From: Candidatus Micrarchaeota archaeon
GTDB taxonomy: Archaea; Micrarchaeota; Micrarchaeia; Burarchaeales; Fermentimicrarchaeaceae
Length of the DNA stretch: 45,284 nucleotides
Reading direction: 5' to 3'
Assembly (NCBI GenBank): GCA_026396455.1
Contig: JAPLWT010000030.1
Coordinates: 1-45,284 of the forward strand
Shown: positions 33,807 through 43,432 of the stretch, one piece after another
Numbering within the stretch: position 1 is the stretch's first letter
Layout: each line of letters opens with the position of its first letter
The notes under the pieces: generated by a model
Seen by the model: only the letters and a program-made list of their open reading frames with translations
Databases searched by the model: none
What the model was told of the DNA's origin: nothing
Made by a program: the position numbers and the translations under genes

Positions 33807-35177
33807 ATGAAAACAATAGTTGTTGGTGCTGGCCCCGCCGGGCTTTTCTGCGCGTATGAGCTCGCCAAAGCTGGTGCTAAAGTAGTTGTGGTGGAGAGCG
33901 GAAGCGCCGTAGAAAGAAGAAGATGCCCGATGAAGAAGATGGGCTACTGCGCCAAATGCGAGCCCTGCAACCTCATACACGGAGTTGGAGGGGCTGGCTT
34001 ATTCTCTGACGGGAAGCTTAACCTGGACCCAAGGATAGGAGGAGACATGCTGCAGTTCATGAAAGATGATGAAGCCCGCAGGCTGATAGAGTATGTTAAC
34101 AGTGTTTTCAGCGAACATGGGGCGAAGGGGGAGAAGACTATTATTGATGAGAGGGCCGGGGCTCTTATAAGAAAGGCCAAGATGGCTGGAGTGACGTTCA
34201 TACCGATCGTGCAGAGGCACATAGGCTCCGACATGCTGCCAGATGTTATAGAATCTCTGAAGAGCTACATGGAATCTCTTGGCGTGGAGTTCGTACTCAA
34301 TACAACTGTGAGAGACATTGATGTGCACAACGGTGCTGCGAAGGGAGTTATTGTAGGCAGGAGGGTGATAAAAGGGGATTTTGTGGTGCTGGCAACTGGC
34401 AGGGGAGGGGCGCAGTGGCTTGCGAGGAAATGCATGCAGCTTGGCATTCCAACGCAACACCAGCCCCTTGATGTTGGTGTGAGGGTTGAGGTACCTGCCG
34501 AGATAATGAAGGAAGTTACAGATGTGTTCTGGGACCCGAAGTTCCACATACAGACAGGCCAGTATGACGATTTTGTCAGGACATTCTGCACATGCCCCTA
34601 CGGCTTTGTGATATCCGAGAGCTACAACAACTTCATCTGCACCAATGGCCACTCGATGATATCGGTCAAATCGGAAAATACCAACTTCGCCCTGCTTGTC
34701 AGAGTCGCTCTCACGCATCCTGTCGAGAACACAACGGAATACGGCGAGTCAATAGCGAGGACAGCCTCAACGATAGGCGGCGGCAAGCCCGTACTCCAGA
34801 GGTTCGGGGACCTGAAGGCGGGCAGGAGGTCGACCTGGGAGAGGATAAAGAGGAGCTACGTCAAGCCCACATTCACGTACGTCACACCGGGGGATGTGAG
34901 CATGGTGCTTCCTGGGAGGATAATGGCGGACCTAAGGGAGGCGCTTGAGACGCTCAACAAAGTCATCCCGGGCGTTGCCGAGGATTCGACATTGCTTTAT
35001 GCTCCTGAGATAAAGTTCCACGCGCTGAGGGTGAACGTGAGCAAGAAGATGGAAACGAATGTGGAAAACCTCTTTGCAGTTGGCGATGGTGCTGGAGTTT
35101 CTAGGGGGATAGTGGGAGCCGCGCTGAGCGGGGTTGTGGCTGCGAGAGAGATAATTAAGAGGTGTAGGGATGGATGA
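33807..35177 (+). CDS. FAD-dependent oxidoreductase (COG2509-like, function unknown)
   Basis: IVVGAGPAGLFCAYELA dinucleotide-binding motif, a Cys cluster CPMKKMGYCAKCEPC and C-terminal FAVGDGAG. Confidence 0.75.
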   Translation: MKTIVVGAGPAGLFCAYELAKAGAKVVVVESGSAVERRRCPMKKMGYCAKCEPCNLIHGVGGAGLFSDGKLNLDPRIGGDMLQFMKDDEARRLIEYVNSVFSEHGAKGEKTIIDERAGALIRKAKMAGVTFIPIVQRHIGSDMLPDVIESLKSYMESLGVEFVLNTTVRDIDVHNGAAKGVIVGRRVIKGDFVVLATGRGGAQWLARKCMQLGIPTQHQPLDVGVRVEVPAEIMKEVTDVFWDPKFHIQTGQYDDFVRTFCTCPYGFVISESYNNFICTNGHSMISVKSENTNFALLVRVALTHPVENTTEYGESIARTASTIGGGKPVLQRFGDLKAGRRSTWERIKRSYVKPTFTYVTPGDVSMVLPGRIMADLREALETLNKVIPGVAEDSTLLYAPEIKFHALRVNVSKKMETNVENLFAVGDGAGVSRGIVGAALSGVVAAREIIKRCRDG

Positions 35178-35610
35178 GATAGCTTTCTCAGCAAAGTACA
35201 AGGAATGGATCTCGATCAAGAAGATGGATATAGACGAAAAAACGACTCCGCCGGAAGTTGTGCACATGCTCTCGAATTTAAGAGAGTCCATCTCAAGGAA
35301 GGCTTTTGAGCTGAGCGGGATAGACAAGGGCAAAATAGATGCCTATGCGCTTGAATTGATTAAGGGGAAGAGGAAGGGCTATTCAACGCTCTCCGAGATA
35401 TTCGGAGGGATGAAGCAGAAGGAAGTCAGGGAGGTGCTGCTGTCAGCATCAAGCGAGCAACTGCTTCCTATTGCGGAAACGTATTTTATGAAGAAGCTAC
35501 TTACAAGCCTGGGTTATGAAGTCGATATAAGCGGGGAGATGATGTCAAAGATGTACCCAGAACTGAAGCTGCCAAAGCCAAAGGGCAGGTTTGGGAAGAA
35601 AAAAGAATGA
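35170..35610 (+). CDS. hypothetical protein
   Basis: 146-aa ORF with an 8-nt start/stop overlap with the upstream gene and a basic C-terminal tail. No family recognised. Confidence 0.5.
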   Translation: MDEIAFSAKYKEWISIKKMDIDEKTTPPEVVHMLSNLRESISRKAFELSGIDKGKIDAYALELIKGKRKGYSTLSEIFGGMKQKEVREVLLSASSEQLLPIAETYFMKKLLTSLGYEVDISGEMMSKMYPELKLPKPKGRFGKKKE

Positions 35611-35627
35611 GCTGAATGAAGAGAAGG

Positions 35628-35635
35628 TATTTATC
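35628..35635 (+). promoter_or_regulatory. candidate TATA box for tRNA-Pro
   Basis: TATTTATC is centred about 31 nt upstream of tRNA position 1. Confidence 0.45.
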
Positions 35636-35662
35636 TTTTGAATGATTAAATAATGCCTCTGA

Positions 35663-35735
35663 GGGGGGATGTGCTAGTCTGGTATGCTTCGGGGTTTGGG
35701 ACCCCGCGACCCGAGTTCAAATCTCGGTCCCCCCA
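35663..35735 (+). tRNA. tRNA-Pro (anticodon UGG)
   Basis: Acceptor GGGGGGA/UCCCCCC, U8, anticodon arm CGGGG-UUUGGGA-CCCCG, T arm CCGAG-UUCAAAU-CUCGG, discriminator A. The D stem is weak (see findings). Confidence 0.8.
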
Positions 35736-35808
35736 CTTGAGATATACGACACCGAATCATAGCTCACCTTCTTAAATATTTAATCTTCTAAATATCTTGC
35801 TGAATTGT

Positions 35809-37026
35809 ATGATTCCTGACAAGGAGCTTGAGAGAATAAGAAACGATTTCCCAATCTTGAGTAGAGGAATCAACGGAAAGCCTGTAATCTACTTCGATAA
35901 CGCGTGCATGAGCCTCAGGCCCAAGCAGGTAATGCAAGCGATGAACCAGTATTACGAGGAATATCCTGCATGCGCCGGGAGGAGCATACACAAACTTGGG
36001 AGGGCAGTGACTGAGAGAGTTGCTGAAGCAAGGAAAACGATGGCAAAGTTTCTTGGTGCAAAGGTGGAGGAGATAGTTTTCACAAGAAATACGACCGAAG
36101 CCATAAATCTCGTTTCGCACTCGCTTGACTTCAAGAGAGGAGATGCGGTGGTAACCAGTGATAGGGAGCACAACTCCAATCTGCTCCCTTGGCAGTTCCT
36201 CTCCAAGAAAGCGGGAGTGGAGCACAGGGTGGTTTACTCCGATGACAACATGGAGTTTGACTTGGAAAGATTTGAGGAGGCTGTTGGCAAAGGAGTCAAA
36301 CTTGTTTCCCTTTTTCACACTTCCAACCTGGACGGGTACACTCTCCCCGCAAGGGAGATAATCAAGATATCCCACGAGCATGGCTCTCTTGTTATGCTTG
36401 ACGGAGCGCAGTCAGCCTCTCACAAGCAGGTGGATGTCAAAAAGCTGGATGTTGATTTTTTTGCTCTCTCCGGGCACAAGATGCTTGGACCATCGGGGAC
36501 GGGAGTGCTTTACGGCAGGTATGAGCTACTTGAGAAGCTGGAGCCTTTCATGCTTGGCGGGGATACCGTGCAGAGCTCCACATACGATTCACATGTCCTG
36601 CTGAAGCCACCTGAGAAGTTCGAGGCGGGCTTACAGAACTATGCAGGCAGCATGGGGCTTGCGGAGGCAGCACGGTACATTGAGAAGGTTGGAAAGGATA
36701 AAATTGAGAAGCATGAAAATGAACTGAATAGATTCATCAGCGAAAGGCTTCTGCAAATCAAAGGCACTAGCATAATAGGCCCCAAACAGGTTGAACTCAG
36801 GGGCGGTGTAGTATCCTTCAACATTGAAGGACTGAACCACCACGATGTGGCTATAATGCTTGATGAGAGCAACATAATGGTGCGCTCTGGGCAGCACTGC
36901 GTTCACTCATGGTTCAACGCGCATAATATTCCGGGATGCGTGAGGGCATCTTTATATCTTTATAATACGAAAGAGGAAGCTGAGAAGTTCTTGGATAAGG
37001 TTGCGGAAATTGCAAAGTTGGGGTGA
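35809..37026 (+). CDS. cysteine desulfurase (class V aminotransferase, SufS/CsdA-type)
   Basis: SGHKMLGPSGTG (PLP lysine), RSGQHCVH active-site Cys loop and HTSN. ATG at 35809; the track starts at TTG 35797. Confidence 0.88.
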   Translation: MIPDKELERIRNDFPILSRGINGKPVIYFDNACMSLRPKQVMQAMNQYYEEYPACAGRSIHKLGRAVTERVAEARKTMAKFLGAKVEEIVFTRNTTEAINLVSHSLDFKRGDAVVTSDREHNSNLLPWQFLSKKAGVEHRVVYSDDNMEFDLERFEEAVGKGVKLVSLFHTSNLDGYTLPAREIIKISHEHGSLVMLDGAQSASHKQVDVKKLDVDFFALSGHKMLGPSGTGVLYGRYELLEKLEPFMLGGDTVQSSTYDSHVLLKPPEKFEAGLQNYAGSMGLAEAARYIEKVGKDKIEKHENELNRFISERLLQIKGTSIIGPKQVELRGGVVSFNIEGLNHHDVAIMLDESNIMVRSGQHCVHSWFNAHNIPGCVRASLYLYNTKEEAEKFLDKVAEIAKLG

Positions 37027-37030
37027 ATTG

Positions 37031-37690
37031 ATGATCCTATGTGTTGTTGCAATGGTGATATTCGGTGTGCTGGGGATATTCTCGGCAAAATACCGCGAGC
37101 TTGCAAAGGAGGCATTCAGCTGCGTCTTCAAAACAATTCAGCTCAAGCCATGCGACACCAAGCTTGACCAGAGGATAAAATCGAAGCTTATTGCAAAACT
37201 GATGAAGTATTCGCCTTGGCTTGCAAAGCTTACGTATAAAAATTTCTACATTCTCTCCTGGATCTTCACCTTGCTCTTCTTCGGCAGCATGGCTTACACC
37301 GCATACTCGTTATATAACTTGGCCGTTTATGGGAGCTGCAGCCCTGGCAGCTTCTGCATATTCAACCCAAATGCGAATGTTACGAAGGACAATAATGTCT
37401 GCAACATAACTGGTAAGTTCATTGAATTCTACGGGGAGGAGTGCCCTCACTGCAGGAAGATGATTCCCGTAGTCGCACAGGTTGAGAATGAAACAGGTGT
37501 GCATTTCGATAAGCTTGAGATATGGCACAACGACACCAACAAGAATATTTACCTGGTATATTCAGAGTACATAAACAGGGACTGCGGTTCTCTCGGCATA
37601 CCTACGTTTGTAGCATTGAAGACAAACAATTCGATGTGCGGGGAGAAGAGCACTGATGAGCTGAAGACATTCATAATGCAGAATGGCTAG
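37031..37690 (+). CDS. membrane-anchored thioredoxin-fold thiol:disulfide oxidoreductase
   Basis: Two TM helices, then a Trx-like domain with CPHC and a cis-Pro loop GIPTF. Extra Cys pairs CVFKTIQLKPC and CSPGSFC. Sequons in the Trx part suggest an extracytoplasmic location. GGGGTGA SD. Confidence 0.65.
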   Translation: MILCVVAMVIFGVLGIFSAKYRELAKEAFSCVFKTIQLKPCDTKLDQRIKSKLIAKLMKYSPWLAKLTYKNFYILSWIFTLLFFGSMAYTAYSLYNLAVYGSCSPGSFCIFNPNANVTKDNNVCNITGKFIEFYGEECPHCRKMIPVVAQVENETGVHFDKLEIWHNDTNKNIYLVYSEYINRDCGSLGIPTFVALKTNNSMCGEKSTDELKTFIMQNG

Positions 37691-38133
37691 ATCTCCAGGC
37701 TCTTTGACATGACGTAGAAACTCTCTGCCCCTTTCTCGACTTTCCTTGTTATAACGAAGCCATTTCTCTGGTATAGTTTTATTGCGGGAAGATTGCTCTG
37801 TTTGACCTGCAGATATGCCGCACTCTTGCCTTCCCTGACTGCAACCTCGCATATTTTGGCGAGGAGGGCACTTCCAATTCCCATCTGCCTGAATTCCGGG
37901 TCAACTGCAAGTTCCATAAGTTTCACTTTTCTTTCCATCAGCTTGAAGTCAGCAAACCCCGCAACAACTCCGTCAACTACGGCAACAAAGTAATCAAAAC
38001 CCTTGGAGAGCCTTTTTAGTATTTTAGATGGAGTTGCTCGGCGATGCGGGAAGTGGTAATTTGTTATCCCGGAAACTCGCTCGAAATCCCTCTTCTCAAT
38101 TCTTCGGATTAACAAATGTGGAATGCCCATCAA
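37687..38133 (-). CDS. GNAT family N-acetyltransferase (RimI-like)
   Basis: Motif A LAVDPEFRQMGIGSALL in 148 aa. Confidence 0.8.
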   Translation of the reverse strand: MMGIPHLLIRRIEKRDFERVSGITNYHFPHRRATPSKILKRLSKGFDYFVAVVDGVVAGFADFKLMERKVKLMELAVDPEFRQMGIGSALLAKICEVAVREGKSAAYLQVKQSNLPAIKLYQRNGFVITRKVEKGAESFYVMSKSLEI

Positions 38134-38205
38134 AATATCTTTAGCAATAATCTTTTAAGAGTTTACGTTGAATAGTAGTGAATTGCGATAGAATAGGTTG
38201 GGTAT

Positions 38206-38751
38206 ATGCGAATAAATGAATTGTTCCAGGGAATTGCAATGGGGCTAATGGACGGGCTGATTACTATACTAGGCATTATTATTGGAGTTGGGATAGCAAC
38301 AGATGACGCGAGAGTAGTTATAATCTCTGGGTTGATAGGCGGGATTTCAAACAGCTTCGGCACATCAATAGGTTTCTATACCTCAGAAAATGCAGAGAGA
38401 GGTCAGCAGATAGAGTTTTACAAGAGGAACAAGGGCGCTCGAAAAAACCAGCAGTACATTCACTCGCATTCGGAAATACTTGGCAGCACAGTTCTAAGCT
38501 TTATGGCGGGGGCTTTAGCCCTAATCCTACCGCTCCTTCCATTCTTCTTACTGTATGATATAACAGCTAGCATGACCAGCTCACTTATAATCTGCGCCGT
38601 GCTACTCTTTGCACTCGGGTATTACATTGGAAAGGTCAACGAGACTGACAGGTTAAGAAGTGGATTGAAGTATGCTAGTCTAGGAATCATAAGCTCCTTT
38701 ATCGCTTTTATTTTAGGAGAAATTCTGAGGACTTTTATACTTGGAAAATGA
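38206..38751 (+). CDS. VIT1/CCC1 family (DUF125) membrane protein, putative Fe/Mn transporter
   Basis: GLMDGLITILGIIIGV motif and the expected TM layout. Short form without the N-terminal ferritin-like domain. Confidence 0.75.
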   Translation: MRINELFQGIAMGLMDGLITILGIIIGVGIATDDARVVIISGLIGGISNSFGTSIGFYTSENAERGQQIEFYKRNKGARKNQQYIHSHSEILGSTVLSFMAGALALILPLLPFFLLYDITASMTSSLIICAVLLFALGYYIGKVNETDRLRSGLKYASLGIISSFIAFILGEILRTFILGK

Positions 38752-38842
38752 GGAGTTCTTTGGGGATAAGACAAGCAACAGCAAGCAATTATCTTGGGTG
38801 TTTACAATAAGTTTTTAATATAGATGCTCAAAAAATTATTGC

Positions 38843-39397
38843 ATGGAAAACATTGTACCAAAGAAAATTTTCTTGACTAAAGGCGTAGGGAAAGATAGAG
38901 ATCCTTTATCTTCTTTTGAGCGCGCCTTGAAAGACGCCGGAATTGAGAGATGCAATCTAGTGAACGTCTCAAGCATTCTTCCTCCCAACTGCGAGGTAAT
39001 GCCGCGTGAGAGGGGAATTGAACTGCTTAAGCCGGGACAGATAACCTTTGTGGTGATGAGCAGGAATTCATCGAACGAGCCGAACAGGCTTTTGGCATCT
39101 TCCATAGGAGTTGCTATACCTGCCGACAGGTCCATGTACGGCTACCTCAGCGAGTACCACTCCTTTGGGGAGACTGACGAGAAGGCCGGTGAGAAGGCGG
39201 AGGATCTGGCTGCGAGCATGCTTGCATCAACCCTTGGCATAGACTTCGATGTAAAGCAGAGCTGGGATGAGAAGGAGCAGCTCTTCAAGCTCAGCGGAAA
39301 AATAGTCAAAACAAGGAATATCGCACAGTCAGCAATTGTTGACAAGGACGGAATGTGGATGACGGTTCTTTCCGCTGCGGTTCTGCTTCTTGAGTAG
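38843..39397 (+). CDS. pdaD: pyruvoyl-dependent arginine decarboxylase
   Basis: [33 protein letters not shown] includes the self-cleavage Ser-Ser site. Also [16 protein letters not shown]. Confidence 0.9.
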   Translation: MENIVPKKIFLTKGVGKDRDPLSSFERALKDAGIERCNLVNVSSILPPNCEVMPRERGIELLKPGQITFVVMSRNSSNEPNRLLASSIGVAIPADRSMYGYLSEYHSFGETDEKAGEKAEDLAASMLASTLGIDFDVKQSWDEKEQLFKLSGKIVKTRNIAQSAIVDKDGMWMTVLSAAVLLLE

Positions 39398-39454
39398 TTT
39401 AAAAACAAGGAGAGATAACTCTGGGTGCATAAGCGCTGTGAGATGCCCTTGATA

Positions 39455-41644
39455 CTAGTCTAGGAAATCCTGCGGTGTGGGAGGCTCTTTCTTGTCTCCT
39501 TTCCTCTCCCTTATCTGCCCCACTATCTTGTCCTGCAAATCTTTGGGCAGCCTCTCAAACCCTGCGTGTTCATAGTACCAGAGTGCCCTGCCCTGAGTTG
39601 CTCCTCTTATATCATCCGAGAACCCGAACATGTCCGCAACAGGCACCTTTGCAGTTAGCGTCACAATTTCGTCTTCCTGCTGTATATCCAAAACCTGGCC
39701 TCTCCTTGCCTGTACCTGAGATATTATTGGGCCCATGTATTCCTGGGGAGCCTGGACAAGCAGCTTCTGCTTTGGCTCTAGAAGGACAGTTCCTGCTATA
39801 AGCATAGCAGCGTATATGGGCCTCTTTATTGCAGGTATTATCTGGGCGGGACCCCTGTGAACAGGATCCTCATGAATTGTAGCATCTGTTATTTTCACCT
39901 TGACCCCCATCACCTTCTCCTTTGCCAGCGGTCCAAGGTTCACCGCTTCCTCAAAACCCTGCATGAGGAGTTCCATCACTTCGTTCATATACTGAATTCC
40001 CCTTGTCATATCGATGAGAACACACCTGTTGAAAACATCCTTGACATTCTTCGCCTCTTCCCTGTTCATTCCGCCCTCTATGAAGACATCAACCAGTTTC
40101 TTTCCTTTGGGCTTTCCATCGGGAATCTCGCCCTCAACCATCTTCTTGTAGACTCCTTCCTCGAGGGGCTCAACAATAACCTTGAATTTGCTGTGCTTGT
40201 TCGGTGACTTACCCTCAACAGGCCCTGCAGAACCGATGATGTTTTCCCTGTAGACCACGATTGGTTTTGAGGTCTCTATCTCAATCTTCGCATCCTTCAG
40301 CAGCTTGTACTCTATAATCTCCAAATGAAGCTCGCCCATCCCAGATATGAGGTGCTCGCCGGTCTCCTGGTTTATCTCGATCTTTATGGTGGGATCCTCC
40401 TTCGCGAGCCTTCTGAGCGCCTCGACAAGTTTTACCAGGTCCTTGGTGTTCTTGGCTTCTATTGATTTTGTGACAACTGGCTCAGAGGAGTGCTTTATCT
40501 GCTCGAATGGCTCTATCTTCTCCTCGCTCACCGTCTCTCCAACATAAAGATTGCGGAGCCCAACGATTGCGGCTATGTTTCCGGCCGGGACCTCTTCCAC
40601 CATAACCCTGTTCGGCCCCATGTATACCCCAACCTGCTGGATTTTCTCGACTGAGAGAGTCGATGCAACATTCACTTCAACCCCTTTCTTTGCAACCCCT
40701 GAGAAAAACATTCCGACTCCTACCTCGCCGGCATGCTCATCCATCACAACTCCAAATATTATCATGCACAGCTTGCCTTTGGGGTCGCAATTGATCATGT
40801 CCTTCCCAGAAGTGCTGTTCAAATCGCCTTTCCAGAGAGTTTGAATTCTGTACTTCTGCGCAACTGCGGGGTTGGGAAGGTGAGTGATTACCATCTCAAG
40901 CAATACTTCCTCAAGAGGTGCTTTTTCAACAAGCGATTTATGGTCCTCAACGCTGCAGTATTTGTATATATCTTTGAAATTCAGTTTCGTCTTCTGCATG
41001 CAAGGGAAGCTCAGTCCCCATTTGTTGTAAGCAGAACCGAATGCCACATTGCCCTTCTCAACCTTTATGAGCCACTCCTCCTTGAATTCCTTAGGACCAT
41101 ATCGGGTTATCAAAACGTTTACAGAATTTATTATTTTGACAAGCCTCTCATACATGTCTTCAGGCCCCAATTTCAATTCATTTATCAGTCTGTCAATCTT
41201 GTTTATGAAGAGAACCGGTTTTGCTTTCTCCTTCATGGCCTGCCTCAAGACAGTTTCAGTCTGCGGCATAACCCCTTCCACTGAATCTATGACAAGGATA
41301 ACACCATCAATTGCTCTCATGGCTCTTGTGACATGCCCTCCGAAGTCTATGTGGCCTGGCGTGTCTATGAGGTTTACGAGGTAATCCTTTCCCCCATAGT
41401 GGAACCCCAGCGATATGTCTGATGCCTTTATTGTCATGCTCCTCTGCTGCTCTATCTCCTCAGAGTCCATGACTTTGAGCTCTCCTGCCAAATCCTTCGA
41501 TATGAGTCCTGCACCTGCCACAAGCGAGTCAGTCAGTGTGGTTTTGCCATGGTCCACATGGGCGATTATTGCCACATTCCTTATATGCTCTGGTTGGAAC
41601 ATGAGTTTCTGAATTTCTTCTACGACAAACTCCTTTCTGACCAT
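39455..41644 (-). CDS. fusA: translation elongation factor 2 (aEF-2)
   Basis: AHVDHGKTTL, DTPGHIDF, NKIDR and the diphthamide-site loop HEDPVHRGPAQ in 729 aa. Confidence 0.97.
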   Translation of the reverse strand: MVRKEFVVEEIQKLMFQPEHIRNVAIIAHVDHGKTTLTDSLVAGAGLISKDLAGELKVMDSEEIEQQRSMTIKASDISLGFHYGGKDYLVNLIDTPGHIDFGGHVTRAMRAIDGVILVIDSVEGVMPQTETVLRQAMKEKAKPVLFINKIDRLINELKLGPEDMYERLVKIINSVNVLITRYGPKEFKEEWLIKVEKGNVAFGSAYNKWGLSFPCMQKTKLNFKDIYKYCSVEDHKSLVEKAPLEEVLLEMVITHLPNPAVAQKYRIQTLWKGDLNSTSGKDMINCDPKGKLCMIIFGVVMDEHAGEVGVGMFFSGVAKKGVEVNVASTLSVEKIQQVGVYMGPNRVMVEEVPAGNIAAIVGLRNLYVGETVSEEKIEPFEQIKHSSEPVVTKSIEAKNTKDLVKLVEALRRLAKEDPTIKIEINQETGEHLISGMGELHLEIIEYKLLKDAKIEIETSKPIVVYRENIIGSAGPVEGKSPNKHSKFKVIVEPLEEGVYKKMVEGEIPDGKPKGKKLVDVFIEGGMNREEAKNVKDVFNRCVLIDMTRGIQYMNEVMELLMQGFEEAVNLGPLAKEKVMGVKVKITDATIHEDPVHRGPAQIIPAIKRPIYAAMLIAGTVLLEPKQKLLVQAPQEYMGPIISQVQARRGQVLDIQQEDEIVTLTAKVPVADMFGFSDDIRGATQGRALWYYEHAGFERLPKDLQDKIVGQIRERKGDKKEPPTPQDFLD

Positions 41645-41661
41645 AGAACCACCAAAAGAGA

Positions 41662-42264
41662 TTACCTGGCGCTCCTAGCCATTCTCTCAGTCTCATCCCT
41701 CTTCTTTATTGCATAGCTGCTCTGGTCGTTCTTTGCAGCAAGGGTAATTTCATCCGAAAGCGCCTGCGCGAGGGTCTTCTTCTTATCAAAAGCACCCATG
41801 ATTGCAGCCAGGCTGAGGTTCCTCAGCGCCATGTCTAGCCTCCTGCTGGCTGAAACATCAACCGCAACCTGATAGGAGACACCCCCGTACTGCACCCTCG
41901 TAGTATCCTCCCTTGGGGCAGTGTTCTGGATGGCATCAACAAGAACCTGCACGGGGTTGAATTTGGTCGCCTTTGCTATTGAATCGAAAGCATCCTCCAC
42001 AATTTTCATTGCCTTGAACTTCTTGCCCTGCAGCCTTCCGTGGGTCCTTATAACTTTGCCTGATGTTTTCTCACCAGTGCCTCCCCTCATGAGCTTGTTC
42101 ACCAGCCTCTCCACAACATTCACCTTCATCTTCCCGAACTGCTTGTCGCCGTGCCTGCCGTGGGAGTGCGGTATTGAAACTGGAGTCAGGTCAAGATACT
42201 TGCTGAGGCTTGGGTCAATGACCTTAACCTCTGATATATCATATTTTCCGAAAATCTTTTCCAT
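41662..42264 (-). CDS. rps7: 30S ribosomal protein S7 (uS7)
   Basis: Family-level match and conserved S12-S7-EF2 order. Confidence 0.95.
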   Translation of the reverse strand: MEKIFGKYDISEVKVIDPSLSKYLDLTPVSIPHSHGRHGDKQFGKMKVNVVERLVNKLMRGGTGEKTSGKVIRTHGRLQGKKFKAMKIVEDAFDSIAKATKFNPVQVLVDAIQNTAPREDTTRVQYGGVSYQVAVDVSASRRLDMALRNLSLAAIMGAFDKKKTLAQALSDEITLAAKNDQSSYAIKKRDETERMARSAR

Positions 42265-42269
42265 TGAAA

Positions 42270-42698
42270 CTACCTCTTTGGCTTCTCCCTCTTTCCAACT
42301 CTCACGTCTTCAAGCGGTACGCCGTTTACGGCAACTACCTTATGCCTCACTCCAGGTATTGAGCCCATCTGCCCCCTCTGGGAGCCTCCAAGTCCCTCCA
42401 CGGTTACCTCATCGTGCTCATCTATGAAGCTTATTGCACCGTCTTTTGGAGCGAAAGCAGTGATTACCTTGCCGCTCCTTATGAGCTGAACTTTCACGCA
42501 TTTTATAAGACCGGAGTGGGGTTGCTTCTGCTCAAGAGCCTTCTTCTCCAAAACAATTCCCTTGGCCTGGGGAGAACCTTCAAGTGGGTCGAACTTATCC
42601 TTAAGCTTAAGCTTTTTCCTCTTCCAGGATTTTTTCAACCATCTCATCTTCTTTCTTCTCCTCTGCATATCCCTTCCTGCAAATTCTCCTAGTCCCAT
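42270..42698 (-). CDS. rps12: 30S ribosomal protein S12 (uS12)
   Basis: Archaeal S12/S23e pattern ([36 protein letters not shown]) and operon context. Confidence 0.95.
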   Translation of the reverse strand: MGLGEFAGRDMQRRRKKMRWLKKSWKRKKLKLKDKFDPLEGSPQAKGIVLEKKALEQKQPHSGLIKCVKVQLIRSGKVITAFAPKDGAISFIDEHDEVTVEGLGGSQRGQMGSIPGVRHKVVAVNGVPLEDVRVGKREKPKR

Positions 42699-42707
42699 AC
42701 AAGCACC

Positions 42708-43124
42708 TTAGATCAATTTTAGATCCATGTTGAAGTATCTCTGCACCAGCATCCTTGCCAGCTTGACTCTCTCACCATTCCTCCCAATTGCGGCACCCCT
42801 GTCACGGGGGTCAACGGTCACATAGGCAACCTTGCCGCCATCTCCTTCCTCAATTTTGAGGTTTTTTATTTCGATGCTGGAGAATATATTCCTTACGAAT
42901 CTCTCCGGGTCATCCGCATGCTCAACAACGTCAACCTTTCTCTTGAAAGCATCCTTGACGCGCATTATTGCGCTTCCGCCCTTCCCAATTGCCCTTCCGA
43001 GCTCACCTTCGCTCACGACGAAAACTGCACTCTCCTTACTTATCACGCAGTCCCTCACAGATGCGCCAGTAAGTTGCTGGAAGAGCGAGATGCATTTTAT
43101 GTCGTCATTGTTCAACTTTACCAA
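42708..43124 (-). CDS. nusA: archaeal NusA-like protein (two KH domains)
   Basis: GRAIGKGGSAIMRVK and GAAIGRNGERVKLAR GxxG KH motifs. Conserved position between L30e and S12. Confidence 0.88.
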   Translation of the reverse strand: MVKLNNDDIKCISLFQQLTGASVRDCVISKESAVFVVSEGELGRAIGKGGSAIMRVKDAFKRKVDVVEHADDPERFVRNIFSSIEIKNLKIEEGDGGKVAYVTVDPRDRGAAIGRNGERVKLARMLVQRYFNMDLKLI

Positions 43125-43128
43125 GCAA

Positions 43129-43428
43129 TCACTTCACGAGCTCTAGCACGTTTGAGTTCCCGGGGTCATGTATGCTCAACGCAGAAATCGGGAATGGCTT
43201 TCCGCATAAGGAGCCTAATTCCAGAGAAGTCTCGCTGGACACATAGACAGCCGTTTTGGACAACTTAGAATAATATGTAATATCTTCTTTAAATTTCTTT
43301 GGGCAATTGCTTGAGATAATTATCAGTCTTGCCTCTCCGCTTGAAGCGAGGCGCAGGGCGCTCTTCACTCCGAAATCCACTTTTCCCGTATCCACGGCCA
43401 TTCTTATTGCTTTATCTATATCCGCCAT
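43129..43428 (-). CDS. rpl30e: 50S ribosomal protein L30e
   Basis: KAIRMAVDTGKVDFGVKSALR..ARLIIISSNCP. ATG at 43428 follows the rpoA2 stop by a few nt; the track starts at TTG 43446. Confidence 0.88.
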   Translation of the reverse strand: MADIDKAIRMAVDTGKVDFGVKSALRLASSGEARLIIISSNCPKKFKEDITYYSKLSKTAVYVSSETSLELGSLCGKPFPISALSIHDPGNSNVLELVK

Positions 43429-43432
43429 CTTA

